NCBI GenBank assembly: GCA_964035545.1
Contig: OZ037768.1
Coordinates: 22,291,319 to 22,355,318, forward strand
DNA: 64,000 nt
Direction of reading: 5' to 3'
Source of the DNA: Bugula neritina
Lineage: Eukaryota > Animalia > Bryozoa
The position numbers were made by a program, and so were the translations under genes. Below, piece after piece: positions 35,601 through 48,135 of this stretch; position 1 is the first letter of the stretch, and each line of letters opens with the position of its first letter. The notes under the pieces were generated by a model. That model was not told the origin of the DNA, did no database searches, and worked only from the letters and a program-made list of their open reading frames with translations.

Positions 35601-38600
35601 AAAAATATTTTAATATTCAAAGCTTTAGATTCAGTAAGTTACCTCGTTTAGTAATAGTTACTAGTAATAGTTACTAGTAATGATGAATAGGAAGTGACTT
35701 GTAAAAGTGCATAGTAACTATTACTAGTGATAATTATTAGTTGCTAGTCACTTTTACTAGTAACTATTACTAGTAATACTGACTAGTAATAGTTGCTAAT
35801 AATAATTACTAGTATTAGTTGAAAGTAAGAATAACTATTTTTCTGAATTCACAAACTCAGTTCAACTTCGTACTTTTTCACAAATCTGAAAGTCTTAATG
35901 AAGAATTCCTAATAAGTAATTTTATCCAATAAAGCCACAAGGGTTTTCTGTACTTTAATAAAAGTCAATTAGATTACTAAGTATGCTCTACTCATGTCCC
36001 TGTTTTGATTATTATGCCTGCAGGCTGTTGAAATCTCAGCTTTTCAATTTCAGTTCATTACTCTTAATGTCAGACTGTGTTCTAGGGCTACTAGTATGTG
36101 CTCTAGGGCTACTAGTCTGTGCTCTAGGGCTACTAGTTTGTGCTCTAGGGCTACTAGTTCTGTACTTGTTGCAGGCATGCCTTGTTTTCTTAATTACAAT
36201 CAACTAGGATATCAATATATTCAAACCAATGACTGCAGTTTTTGTTTTATGCATAAAATAAAAGGAGTATTTGTTGTGTTTTAGGAACAGCTCGGTCATG
36301 TGATTGATGCAATGTTTATCAAAGAGGTATGTATACTTTCTCTTCTATTCAGTTATTTAATGACTTCCACCTATACAAAAACAGTTTTGATATAATGCTG
36401 TCTTAATATTATGTGGCAATTGTGACGATAGACTTGGACAAGGTTATTTCTGTTGTTTCAAACAACAAGCCACTGTATCCATTAGTCACTAAACTAGTTT
36501 CTAATAGTTCAGGTAAATTACTAGCTGGTGATATGAAGGCCAATCCAGTACTTTGATTGTGGAATTGCTAGACTGTCAGTCAAATCTTTACTTCACTAAA
36601 AGTTTGCACTTATAGATTGCCAATTAATCACATACTTCACTTAATGGAGCACCAACTATTATATAATCATTATTATTCCAATCTAACTGTTTGGAATAGA
36701 TGCTTAAACGACACGAAGTTTTACCAGATGGTAGAAATATGTTATTATAACTCCTGTAATTGTTAGTTGTTACTATGTCTCCTTAGCTACATTTCTTTTC
36801 TAGCTTAGCGTATAATAAAAGGGATACAACGAACTTTATATTAATCTATATTTAAATGCTGGCATTAATAGTAATAGACTGAAAATGTAGTATGGGTCCA
36901 AATAAACTGCAACAGTGTCACAATATTAAAAAAAATCACAGTTTTCTAGCCATAATATTTGATGAGGTCACAACCAGCAATTTTACCATAAAGCTGTGCC
37001 AAGAAGCATTGTGGGACAGTTTCCTCTAAAGTCACCTTCCTGGATAGAAGATGTAAAACCATGAGTCATGCATCTGATTCCACATGACATAAAAAACTCA
37101 TCAAATCACAAGAAGCTGATCATTTATTTTCTTGTGTCAGAATACAACCTCAACACAATGTCAACTGTGAATTAACCAATATTGACATATCCTTACAGAG
37201 TGTTTGCTGTTTATAAATGATTGTTGCCAATGCAAGCTGCAAACATTAGAATATTCCAGTATAAAATGCGTATGTACTGCTGTATTAATAGCTAGGTGAA
37301 AGATAAGGTTTATAGAAAGCAGTGGTGTAGAGTGTAGGCCTAGTAAACGCAAGTCAGTGGTTCCAGTCCTAACACCAATTGTGATGTTAGGAAGAGCATT
37401 CAGTCATAATTGCTCCTATGCCTCATATGAATAAGTCCTTAGCCCGCTTAAAAAACAGTCTTTCTGTTATGAGTTCTCACAAGGACTATAAACTATAGTG
37501 ACTATAGACTCATGTGAGGAAGATAAGGGTTATCTCAACAAGTTCTATTACACATTATATTGTGAATGACAGGCAAGGGAAGGTAGTTGTAGGCTGGATG
37601 CTTGCCTCGACCTTTCTCATTTCCTGTTCCTTGTTGAAACTCAACTCTCCAACTTACTCTATGTCCACTTACTCTATGTCCACTTACTCTCTGTCCACTT
37701 ACTCTCTGTCCACTTACTCTATGTCCACTTACTCTCTGTTCACTTACTCTCTGTTCACTTACTCTATGTTCACTTACTCTCTGTCCACTTACTCTCTGTT
37801 CACTTACTCTATGTCTACTTACTCTATGTCCACTTACTCTCTGTTCACTTACTCTCTGTTCACTTACTCTATGTCTACTTACTCTATGTCTACTTACTCT
37901 ATGTCCACTTACTCTCTGTTCACTTATTCTCTGTTCACTTACTCTCTGTTCACTTACTCTCTGTTCACTTACTCTCTGTTCACTTACTCTCTGTTCACTT
38001 ACTCTCTGTTCACTTACTCTCTGTTCACTTACTCTCTGTTCACTTACTCTATGTTCACTTACTCTATGTTCACTTACTCTATGTTCACTTACTCTATGTT
38101 CACTTACATACATCTGTTGGAATCTTAAGCGAGTTTTATTATAAAGAATTACTTCTATAATATAGAATACCAGTTGAACTATTTATTGTTCAGTAAGAGC
38201 ACAACTCCCACTCAGCTGTCACATTATATATAGTAGTGATATAACTTGAATCATGAGGTTTTTCATGTAGATTACCGCTGGTGATGTCATAATTACTCAA
38301 GGTGACGATGACGCTGACTACTTCTACGTTATACAATCGTAAGTTACATTCTGTGTACCATCCTTGTTTACATTTCCTGTCGGCCATAGTAAATTGTCCT
38401 GGAAGTTACTTCAACTACTTTGGATGGATTTCTGTTTTGTTTCCTCCCCAGCTAAAGACGTCAGAGTAAATTTCAACTAAGCTTTGTTTCTTGAAACGTG
38501 CATTACATGGCTCCTTGCTTAATGATTAATCTTCACCACTTCCGTACATGATAGGGGCTAGAAGTCAGTAGACCGTGTAACTTGGAAGCAATAACAGTAT

Positions 38601-41600
38601 ATCTTATCAACTACAATCAAATTTAAATCCCCTCTGGGAGGGAAAGCTGCAAAGCAGAAACAATTAACTTATTGCTCTATTAACAATCACCACCAACAGA
38701 CGTGTTGAGAAGCCGTTGAGAAGCTTTAAGTCATTTATTGTCCACGAGTCTAAGGAATAACAGATATAGCATTGAGTTTTAGATTTTAATTTGCTTTTTC
38801 TTTGAAATTAAAGAATTGCTGTGAAAGTGGCCTTTTACATTGCAGTGTGCAGTATTATGAGCCTGGTTGCAAATGCAGCTGACAAATTGATTTGCCAGTA
38901 TGAAGAGCGTTTAAGTCTCGCCTCTTCATTACTCCACAGTTATTACAAACCATTGATTACTCTCGGAATCAATTTTTAATTTATTTAACTGCTAATTTTA
39001 AAAGAATTTCTTTGCTATGCTGCGGCACAATTCATATCAAAGAAAAATTGAATGCTGATTGAAGAAGTACTTACACAGAGCACATTAAGAAGTGATTAGT
39101 GTTTCTGTAGAGCCCAGGGGTGTTGAATCCAAATTTAATGGGACTTTTCCCTGCGGACATTGTTTTTCTGTCCTATTGTAGTCGAGTAAGATTTTCGTGT
39201 AAGACATTAATAAGTCTTTTAAATCCGCCACTTTCTTTTAGATTGTTTTCATTGCTAATAAAAGTCTTAACGTAAGCTATGGGGAACTTATCTAACCAAA
39301 CCTTAATCTGTCTGTCTATTCTTATTAAAGCCGAGACGCTGTCAGTCAAACTGCAACTCTGCAGTCTCTTTGAGATTTCATTCTGCAGTGACTCGTCAGT
39401 TTCATTCATCTCCACAAAGACATCCTGCTGTACCTTTCAGTCAAACGCATAGTCTTATTTTATATTCATTAATCTGACTTAGAAACATCCTACGTTACTT
39501 GACCTGTTGAAAAGAATTTTCCGTAAACATTCCTTAGATTTGATTTCAACTTAGTGTAATATTTGTATTTTGGAAATGATATTTTTTAAGGAATCCATAT
39601 TTAAGCATAAAAGATTGGGGTACAGCAAAAGCATTGGGAGGCGTAAGTTTTCGAAGTCAGAAATAAAGTTTAGTGTCATGCTGAGATTCCCCAGTAGCCC
39701 CTGTAGTGTAATGGTAAGCTCTCTAGCTTGCAAGCCGGAGGTATGTGGGTTCGATTCCTGGTAGGGGGAGATTTTCAGATTAGGTCTCAGTGAGCAGATA
39801 GAAAGTGTTGAAATATAATCTCTGTGTCTGTCATTTCCAGGGGAACGTACGAGGCATTTGTCAAAGAGACTTTAGTCTTCACCTATGACAACGCTGGAAG
39901 CTTTGGAGAGCTGGCTCTCATGTACAACACTCCCAGAGCTGCCACAATAACCGCTGCCACTGACGGACTTCTATGGGCACTGGTAAGACAGCATCTCTGG
40001 TTTCCTCATAACCTTTGAGACCCAAATCAGGATGTGATTGGTTGCAGCTCAGTTGTGGGGGAATATGAAAACTTTTGAATACAATTCTAAGGTGTTAGCT
40101 TTAATGGAACTATGGAGTTTGAATTACAAATGTTGCCACACAACTGTCAGCTACTAGTGTACAGAATGGTAACTGGGTTTTATTATTGTGAACGTACTAG
40201 ATGCATTGCCCAGATATTTCATTCATAGAGGTAGTTTTTGGGTGCAGGAATAGATCATGGTCACATCTAGGTTAGGATACCCAGAACTGTACGTAGAAAG
40301 TGTAGATGGTGTAAGTCTACCTAAATGTTCTGGAATGCAGTGATCAACAAGATATGCATTAGTAGAATGTTATGCTGGTAGGACTCGTAAATCTTATTTT
40401 GTTCTATACTTCAGGATAGAAATTCATTTAGAAAGATCGTACTGAAGACGGCATTCCTAAAGCGAAAGATGTATGAAGTTTTCCTTGAGTCAGTACCTAT
40501 ACTCAGGTCTCTGGAGGTTCGTTCAATTCACGTGCCAATTACGCTAATTACTGACTGAAGACAGCGTATAGAGGAGTGTGTGCACGCATACCTCCTTTTC
40601 CTTATACCACTTCATCAGACTGTAATGAAGTTAAGATGCAGTCAATACTAATTGGATTACCTTTAAGATAATATCAAAGTAATACACATGCTTACTGATT
40701 CTGTATTTCTTCTGCTATAAAGTCTAGTGCTGATCTTGTGATAATGTTTCAAGTTATGTCGAGTTTAGTTTCTAATCTGCAAGTCAAGCATTAGTGAAGG
40801 ATGTACCAGCGAACACTTACATGGCTTACACTTCATGTTTATTGTTACATTACTGTTGATTAGAATTGTAATGTGTATGATATTTAGTATATACTACCTC
40901 CATCATGCTCCAGCGTCCATAGGTTTAATAGTGATTGCGTTGTTGTAGCCATACGAACGAACCAATGTCTGTGATGCATTAAACTCTAAGACTTACGAGG
41001 ATGGTGAAGAGATCATTTGTGAGGTGAGAGCTCATAGTTGACGTGTCAAAGCTCTGGGCACCTGTGAACTCTAGTACATTACTCTTACTGGGAAAAACAA
41101 AAAATTTGTCTTGAAGAAGTTTAAAAATCAAATTTCTTAACACAGTGCCACATCAACATCAATTTTTTCGGAGTTCCTGATGGGCTAATAACTTTTCACA
41201 TTTCAGTTTTACAATAATTTTTCCTTTCAATTTCGAGTTTTTTTAGAGTGGGGAGTGAGATTTAAAATTGGCACTTTTTATCGATCTGGCTAGTACTGCA
41301 CTGTGTGTGGCATGTAGCCCCCCCCCCCCCCCCCCATGCTTACTAAAGCCTTGTTTTAAAATTCCAAGAAAAAATTATAAAAAGGAGACAACTCTCAACT
41401 GTGTCACTTGTCTTTCCATAGATAGTATGTTGATGGCTTTTCCATGATGCATAATTTCCTGATAGTGTTTTGGCACTCTATCATATGATTTGTTGAAAGT
41501 ATTATCTCTTTCCCTTAAATGTAAGTGTTGTTAGTGTCCACGGGGAGGTCAGCTGTGTTGGTTGACGTAAGAAGCTTCCAGCTAACGTCTGTAATACAGA

Positions 41601-43204
41601 TTATGGTTAGAAATCCCACCAGCCCTGTCTGGCTTACATCATCTCTCCTGTTTTATAATCATGATGATCTAACCTTTCTTAGTGATTATGATTAAATGAT
41701 AAAAATGATAGTTTTTAAACGCCATTTTTTACTAATATATTGGTATGTGATTTACAGTAATATACATAAAATTTTATTAAATTACCTTGCATCTCATTTT
41801 TATTATATAGTTAGATAATATGTATAAAATACTATATAATTTCAGGGAGACGAAGCTCTGTGCATGTATTTCATTGAGAGTGGAGACGTTCGAGTCATGC
41901 GAACTGTAAGTTCTACTTGTTGCGTCAAAACCAGATAAAATAAAAAATGAATTAAATTCTGAATTTCTGATCATTTGACAGTTTGCATACAGAGCTTGTG
42001 TTTGATTTCAGACTAGCAAGTATAAGGTGTGGTATGCAGCTATTTCGCAGTGTAATCTAGCCTAATGTTCTCCCCTTTACACGTTACTAGATGTTAGTAA
42101 AGTCTGAAGGACAACTAAAATAGGCTTTTCAGCAGATTGCTGGCTCTATTAGCTGTGTATTACAGTGGTGTGTGCTGGTCTGATAGCTGTGTCAGAAGTG
42201 GATGTAACTCCAGCAAATTTGGTATAACATGAACTGTATTGTCACGCACGAACTAGAAGGTTGGTGTGTGACATTTAGCATCACATCATGCTACCTTTGT
42301 TACACCTACGGACGAGTCATTTTATTTTCGGTTTAAGCTTGTGATTACCAAATTTGCGGAGTTGTCTGTTAGAGTGGCTAGAGTTGTCTTACTACGCTAG
42401 TGCTGTCCGTAGAATAGCTACACTAGCTCTATGTTATGGCCCGTTACACTCTTACTAATCAACTAATATTACAGGATATAGAGAATGTTTGTATCCTCTC
42501 ACTTGTGGTGTCACATCCTTTCTGTAACGATTGATAGCTTTATTTCTACGCGTGCAGGGTAGCAATGGAGAGAACCGGGAGGTGAACCGACTACATAAAG
42601 GGCAGTATTTTGGAGAACTCGGTCTAATCAGTAAGAAACCCAGGGCTGCGTCAGTCTTTGCTGTTGGGACTGTCAAATGTGCAGGTTTGTCATTTTGCAG
42701 TTTACACTTTAATAAGTTCTCTGCAGTTTACATTTTAATAAGTCTTTCTGCAGTTTACATTTTAATAAGTCCTTCTGCAGTTTACACCTTAATAAGTTCT
42801 CTGCAGTTTAAACTTTACTAAAAATCTAGGACATTTGGGCAGTAACTATACAATTGCACCAGCAAATATCTCAAACTCATTAACTTCTAAATTGTGTTTG
42901 GCCAAAGAGCAATATCAGCTGATTTTTTGGAAAAACTAGTCCTATTTCAGAAATTGGTTTTAAAATATTAGTTGGTGTTTAATAACTTGTGAAGATAGAA
43001 ATAATTTAACCTCTTGTGTATCAATGCGGTTTAATGCTACAACAGCAAACATGAAGGTTATTTATATGTATAGTTTTAGCTGTTGAAGCATTTGAAAGAC
43101 TGCTTGGCCCGTGTATGGATATTATGAGAAGAAACATGGTGGCTTATGATGAAGACATGATCAGAGCATTCGGAGGGAAAGACAAGATATCAGACCTCCG
43201 ATAG
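29697..43204 (+). CDS. PRKAR2: cAMP-dependent protein kinase type II regulatory subunit (~377 aa; 383 aa if ATG 29679 is used)
   Basis: Exons 29697-29886, 32964-33020, 33925-33980, 35550-35633, 36285-36326, 38271-38338, 39841-39982, 40415-40516, 40949-41023, 41846-41905, 42558-42684, 43074-43204; sum 1134 nt, phases consistent. RIIa-type D/D domain ([25 protein letters not shown]), substrate-type inhibitor site [44 protein letters not shown]-terminal [15 protein letters not shown]. Confidence 0.96.
33136..33296. repeat. 20-bp tandem minisatellite (CTGACTCTACACACTCTCTG)
   Basis: About 8 copies, PKA-RII intron 2. Confidence 0.9.
34050..34308. repeat. 20/27-bp tandem minisatellite (GCATGTGTAAGTGGCAACTA)
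   Basis: About 11 copies, PKA-RII intron 3. Confidence 0.9.
34642..34784. repeat. 17-18-bp tandem minisatellite (AGTCATCACTAGTAAAC)
   Basis: About 8 copies. Confidence 0.9.
36076..36160. repeat. 21-bp tandem repeat (CTAGGGCTACTAGTNTGTGCT)
   Basis: 4 copies; source of ORFs 35983 and 36096. Confidence 0.9.
37316..37445 (+). mobile_element. Possible degenerate tRNA-derived SINE
   Basis: A-box-like GTGGTGTAGAGTG, B-box-like GGTTCCAGTCC, then GTTAGGAAGAGCATTCAG, which resembles a GGAAGGGCATCC-type central SINE domain (from recall). Weak. Confidence 0.3.
37648..38108. repeat. 15-bp tandem minisatellite (CACTTACTCTMTGTY)
   Basis: About 30 copies; source of spurious ORFs 37514 and 37535. Confidence 0.95.
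39690..39775 (+). mobile_element. tRNA-derived SINE-like head / tRNA pseudogene, copy 2
   Basis: CCCAGTAGCCCCTGTAGTGTAATGGTAAGC...TTGCAAGCCGGAGG...GGTTCGATTCC...GGGGGAGATTTT; A and B boxes. Confidence 0.7.
42696..42818. repeat. ~26-bp tandem repeat (CTGCAGTTTACATTTTAATAAGTTCT)
   Basis: 4-5 copies just after the exon 11 donor. Confidence 0.85.
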
Positions 43205-43296
43205 TAAGTGTAGTCTATCTATTTAAAGTAAAAGCTAGCGTTAGCAGCAGGTAATGCTGTTTGTTGTCAGGACTTCGGGGGGGGGGGGGGGCGGGA

Positions 43297-43376
43297 GGTC
43301 CGTGTGGTGTAATGGTAGCGCGTCTGATTGCAAGCCGGAGGTCTCAGGTTTCAAATCCCAGTGGGGCAAAAGTTTT
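43297..43376 (+). mobile_element. tRNA-derived SINE-like head, copy 3, in PKA-RII 3' UTR region, preceded by a poly-G run
   Basis: GGTCCGTGTGGTGTAATGGTAGCGCG...TTGCAAGCCGGAGG...GGTTTCAAATCCCAGTGGGGCAAAAGTTTT. Confidence 0.7.
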
Positions 43377-44935
43377 GCACTGTTGGTCGTTTTGAGAAAT
43401 GTTGGTCTCTATCTGTTCATGAGAAGCTGAGAAGCTGAGAAGCTGTAAGCTTTCCTTTAGAGTTTCCTGCCTGAAACCATAGTTGGGCACGACTACCAAA
43501 CCCCCTGCCAAATATCGTTGTAGACCTGAGGCTATGTGGTTTTATATCTTTTAATCAGACTTGTGATTCACGGATTAAGTTCCTGGTTTGACTTCAACAT
43601 TTCTCAAGGGGTGTTTATTCGTTGTATATCAATGTAAAGGTGGTCACGTTTCTGTTGCTCTTCCCAACTCCTAATCATGATTATCCTTCTAAATCATGTA
43701 CTCTTTCAATTTAATCCTCCAACCTACTGAAAAACTGATGTTTACTTGCCAACAAATGGTAATTAATTATGCATTATCCTGTTTTTTTAAATTATAGTGT
43801 TTTGTCATTTAGAGCTAGTTTTTTATACCCAAGAGGCATGCAGGCACTTAAACCGAGATTAATTTAATGCTCGTTTTGTCTGTAATTTTAGGGAGACAGT
43901 ATTCCTATACATTCCAGCTCGTAATGAGCAAACACTCATCTACCAGAGCAACTAAATTGGGACTAGACAACCTTCATCGCTCTGGAAGTGCCTGTCATCT
44001 TGAAATCGGGTCTAGAATCGCTCTTGGTCTGTGGATTTCAGTGAAATGTTGTACTTTGTTATCTCCGGTCGTACTGTAACCTATATATTACATGCTTAGA
44101 GAATGCATGAACTTTAATGTTACTCAATTATTATTATTCAGTTCTTTTTTGAGTGTTATTTTATTTTTATGCTAGGAGTATTATTTGATTTTTTGAAAGT
44201 TTGTTTGTCACCTTTGCACTGGTTATCATTTTTAAACTGTTATATATCATATCTTTGCACTCTGTAACCACATATCCTATTGATCCTATCGTTACGGCTA
44301 GATTTATTGTGATAATTTATATACCTGAGTCTATTAGTAGAGACTCCGATTGATTATTTCTACCTGTGAATATTTATTTCTCATGAGAATGTAGCAAATT
44401 TTTATTTATGTACTTTTCTAGAATCATATCTATATTGTCACCTCTCTTATTATGTTGTAACTCAAGTATACTGTGAGTACAGTGTGTATACATACTATAT
44501 ATAGTTATATGCATAGATTACTAGTCATGTTACACACCATGTTTGTAAAAACTGTATTCTTGTCCAAAATATATATTATTTAAATAATATTCATCAACAA
44601 TTTTGAGCTTTACATGAGTTTGTGCAAGTGTTCAGAGCAGTTTTTTGGAAGTTTCAGTTTGAAGAATCAAACAAGGAAAAGCATGAAATAATAAATTTCT
44701 TTGTTAAAAAGAAAGCAAACTGATCACCATCATAAATTTTGTAATGAAACCTTTGGAAGTTACTGGCACTGAATGCACTCTGTGTGGATTATTGCCAAAC
44801 ATTTCTACAAAAAGATGAACAATTTAATCCGTACGGTTTTATTAATCGTTTAATTCCATGCAGCTGCACTTTTATTATTCCTTCAGAGTTGTCAATAATG
44901 ATGATTGTAAGATTATCGCTAAATGATACTGGAAC

Positions 44936-44942
44936 AAAAAAA
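44936..44942 (-). terminator. Pol III oligo-T terminator of tRNA-Ile
   Basis: T7 run 4 nt downstream of the discriminator base. Confidence 0.85.
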
Positions 44943-44946
44943 TCCG

Positions 44947-45031
44947 TGCTCCAGGTGAGGCTCGAACTCACAGCCTCCGCATCTCATACTGTTTATAAGT
45001 ACGGCGCGCTAACCGATTGCGCCACTGGAGC
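44947..45031 (-). tRNA. tRNA-Ile-TAT: tRNA-Ile (anticodon UAU) with 11-nt intron (44983-44993)
   Basis: GCTCCAGTGGCGCAATCGGTTAGCGCGCCGTACTTATA[AACAGTATGAG]ATGCGGAGGCTGTGAGTTCGAGCCTCACCTGGAGCA; complete 74-nt cloverleaf after splicing at the canonical 37/38 position. Confidence 0.97.
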
Positions 45032-48000
45032 TGACGCAATATATGAGCTACTAACATAATATATTCCAAATGTGCTTTACAATTTATAAATTTAAGTATT
45101 ATATTACTGCACAATAATACATTATTATACTACATATACGATACATACTATAACACTACTAACACCAAGCTCATCAATTCTTTCTTAGCCCACCCCCTAA
45201 TAACATAATATAATTATGCAAATTAGCTCTCAATTTGCCTGCCAATGAAGTTGAAAGCATTCATATTTAATAACAAATGCATGATATTATTTTTGATTTT
45301 TTTTCAGTGGCACTACAAAACATCTCCCAGCATACGTAAACATGCAGATTGTAAATGTGTATTTGTGCATGAATATGGCAGCATGCATTAAGTGAATATC
45401 TATAATGCAGTTATTTACCTTAGCTGATGCAGATTCATAAGTTAATCTGTCCTATGACAAAGCACTTTAATGATACATTGCTAAAATCCATGGCTCCCAA
45501 ATCTACTCCCTCTCACCAAATATTACCAAAGATTATAACCTTAAAAAGTCACGTTGCCAACCAGATAATATTATATATTACTTATATATCTCTCCAGTTG
45601 CTAATCCGTGCAAAAAGTGATCAAAAGATTATAATTTTGAACTGCTTGCTTATATAATAAAAGTTATATAGTTTAGACAACAACTCTGTAAATTACCAAG
45701 AATTTCAACTGAGAGAATATAAACATTGAACTTTTCCTGTGGACTTCAATGGATTAATATTAGCAAAGAATTTTTTTAAATTGAAAACCTTCTCTAGTAA
45801 TCATATGAAGCCAAATATCCATACTTTGCATCCCTAATCTTCATGAAATGACTTTTAGCAAACGACTTATATTGGTAGTTGTCTTACTGCTCTTAAAATT
45901 TAAGTAGCGGAACTCTCAACTTAGGTGAACAAAAAGAGAGGGTAGGTACTAAAAGTTCCATCTAATGAATTAAATGTTATATTTCGATGAATCCATCTTT
46001 ATATACATAATATATACGACATATATACGTTATATATATGACATACATATGTTATATACGACAATGTTCTAGATTTAACCCTTCCACCTCCTCATTTTCT
46101 CTTTTTCCCCTCACATCTTCCTATCGCACAATATGACTGCTTGTTTAAAATTATTTTATCAATAATGATTAAATCAGACCATTTCAATACCTGTCATTTA
46201 TTACATCTTAGGAAGACAAACATACTAGTTGAGGAAACATAGTGCAAACATGATCAACTGTTTAAATTTAACTTTGGAAATGATTTTAGACAATGTTAAT
46301 TTAGTAATATATACAAGGTTAATTAATTTTATAGAGTATATCAATATGTTATTTATAATAAGTTGATGTGTTCTATATAAAAGTAAGTATTAAAACTCAA
46401 TTAAAGCAATGATATGTCATTTCTCTAATTGATATATTATTATATAATATGATATATTACATAATATAGATTATATATCATGTATCATATGATATAATAT
46501 TGCAATATATAAATATTTAATAACAAGCATGTATTAAAGCTGGTTATACAACATGGATGTCACAAAATGTATAACTGTTATTGAGACTGTAATCAAGGAA
46601 ATTATTTACAGTCAGTGAAAGAACCAATAATTTGCTCTTCTAGCCTAGAAAGTTTTTAATTTTAGCTGAAATTGATGAAATTAAACTTTAAAATAACCCA
46701 TGGTATTTAAATGAACAAAACTTTTTTATATAATTAGCTAAACTGTATTATATTGTAACATAAAATAAGTGGCTATCTTTCTGCCACTAACTTTGCTAAT
46801 AAGTTTTAAAAGTATTTTATTTCCAGAGTATTGCTAATAGTTTAGTTTTTTGTTAAAATCTAAAATTTGATAAAAATGAAAGTTTAAAAAGAATAAGATT
46901 TGTAAAGCAAATAATTATTTTATAGATAACAATCATGTTGAATAGATGCTATTATAAACTCATTGATCATGGGCTCGGTGTAGGGAATGATAACTCTTCA
47001 CATCACAAACTGGCAAGTGATATAATGGCTTGTTTTTCAGGCATTAGGAATTTTGATTGCATATAAAGTATTATAAGCCATTTGTGCAACAAAATTTATG
47101 ACTAGCACTTATTAGTTACATCATTGTATGTCATAAATGCCATAACATGTATAAGGAAGCATAACTTCCTCAAATAACTTGCTTTTGGAATTATCTGCTC
47201 TGAACAACTCCCTAATAAATAGAAATCAAAAATTAAGAAAAATATTTGTTTGAAACCATATTTTCCGTGAGCTACATATCTTAGAGAGATATGGTCCTTG
47301 TGTTGGCTTGTATCATTCAAACTAGTTAGCTAGTAACATAATGTTATGACCTGTGCTTACAGAGTTTAGTCCAGGTGGTTAGCAAATAAAGATTTGCTGA
47401 AATACACACAACCTGTAAATTACTCTTATAGATAGAAGGGGGTGCTATGTTATTATATTACCTCAATACTTACTATAATGCATCTAAAAGCTATACACAA
47501 TACTTATTACATAATTTTAGAAATTCTTCTGAGTTCATTACAATAATTATGGGTCTTTGTGTTGTCTTTGTGTTGGACCACTTTACCTCTGGTTGCGGTC
47601 AAAGAAGAATTTGCTTCTCCATTTGGTTGGTCATGAGCTAACAGTTAGCCAGCATTTTCAGAGTTCAAGCAAATCTATTAGATTTTCATGAAAAGGTAAA
47701 TATATTTATTTCAACATCTTGCTTTTGTGTATGTTTCAATGTAGGTGCAGGAATGAAGAAATTGAGGAATACTGCTCTAGATAAAAAATCCAACTAAAAA
47801 GTTCTGATGAGATATTCAGTTGGCAGCCTTAACCAAATTTTATAACAGCAGTTAAATCTTCGGTTATTGAAACACTTCATTACTGCACTTAAATAGTTGC
47901 TTTATCATCACACAGCTACTGTTGTGCAATTTCATGTAAATTAAAATTTAGTAATTTATTTTATAATAATATATAAATAGTATTCAAATTAAATTATCAC

Positions 48001-48135
48001 TCACCACCAGTTGAGTTTTCTTTTTAGTGATTTATTCTATAATAATATAATAATTTATGCTAGTAATACAATTTTTATGTATTCTATTTCTAGTTATTTA
48101 TGATATTAATTATTTAGATCACTTCAACTGATAAT

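Noticed and set aside
37514-38128. Overlapping 204-aa and 192-aa repetitive ORFs
   Set aside because: Artefacts of a stop-free 15-bp minisatellite in a PKA-RII intron.
41318-41335. Poly-C run, and poly-G at 43277-43291, as functional G-quadruplex elements
   Set aside because: Simple homopolymers of uncertain assembled length with no supporting context.
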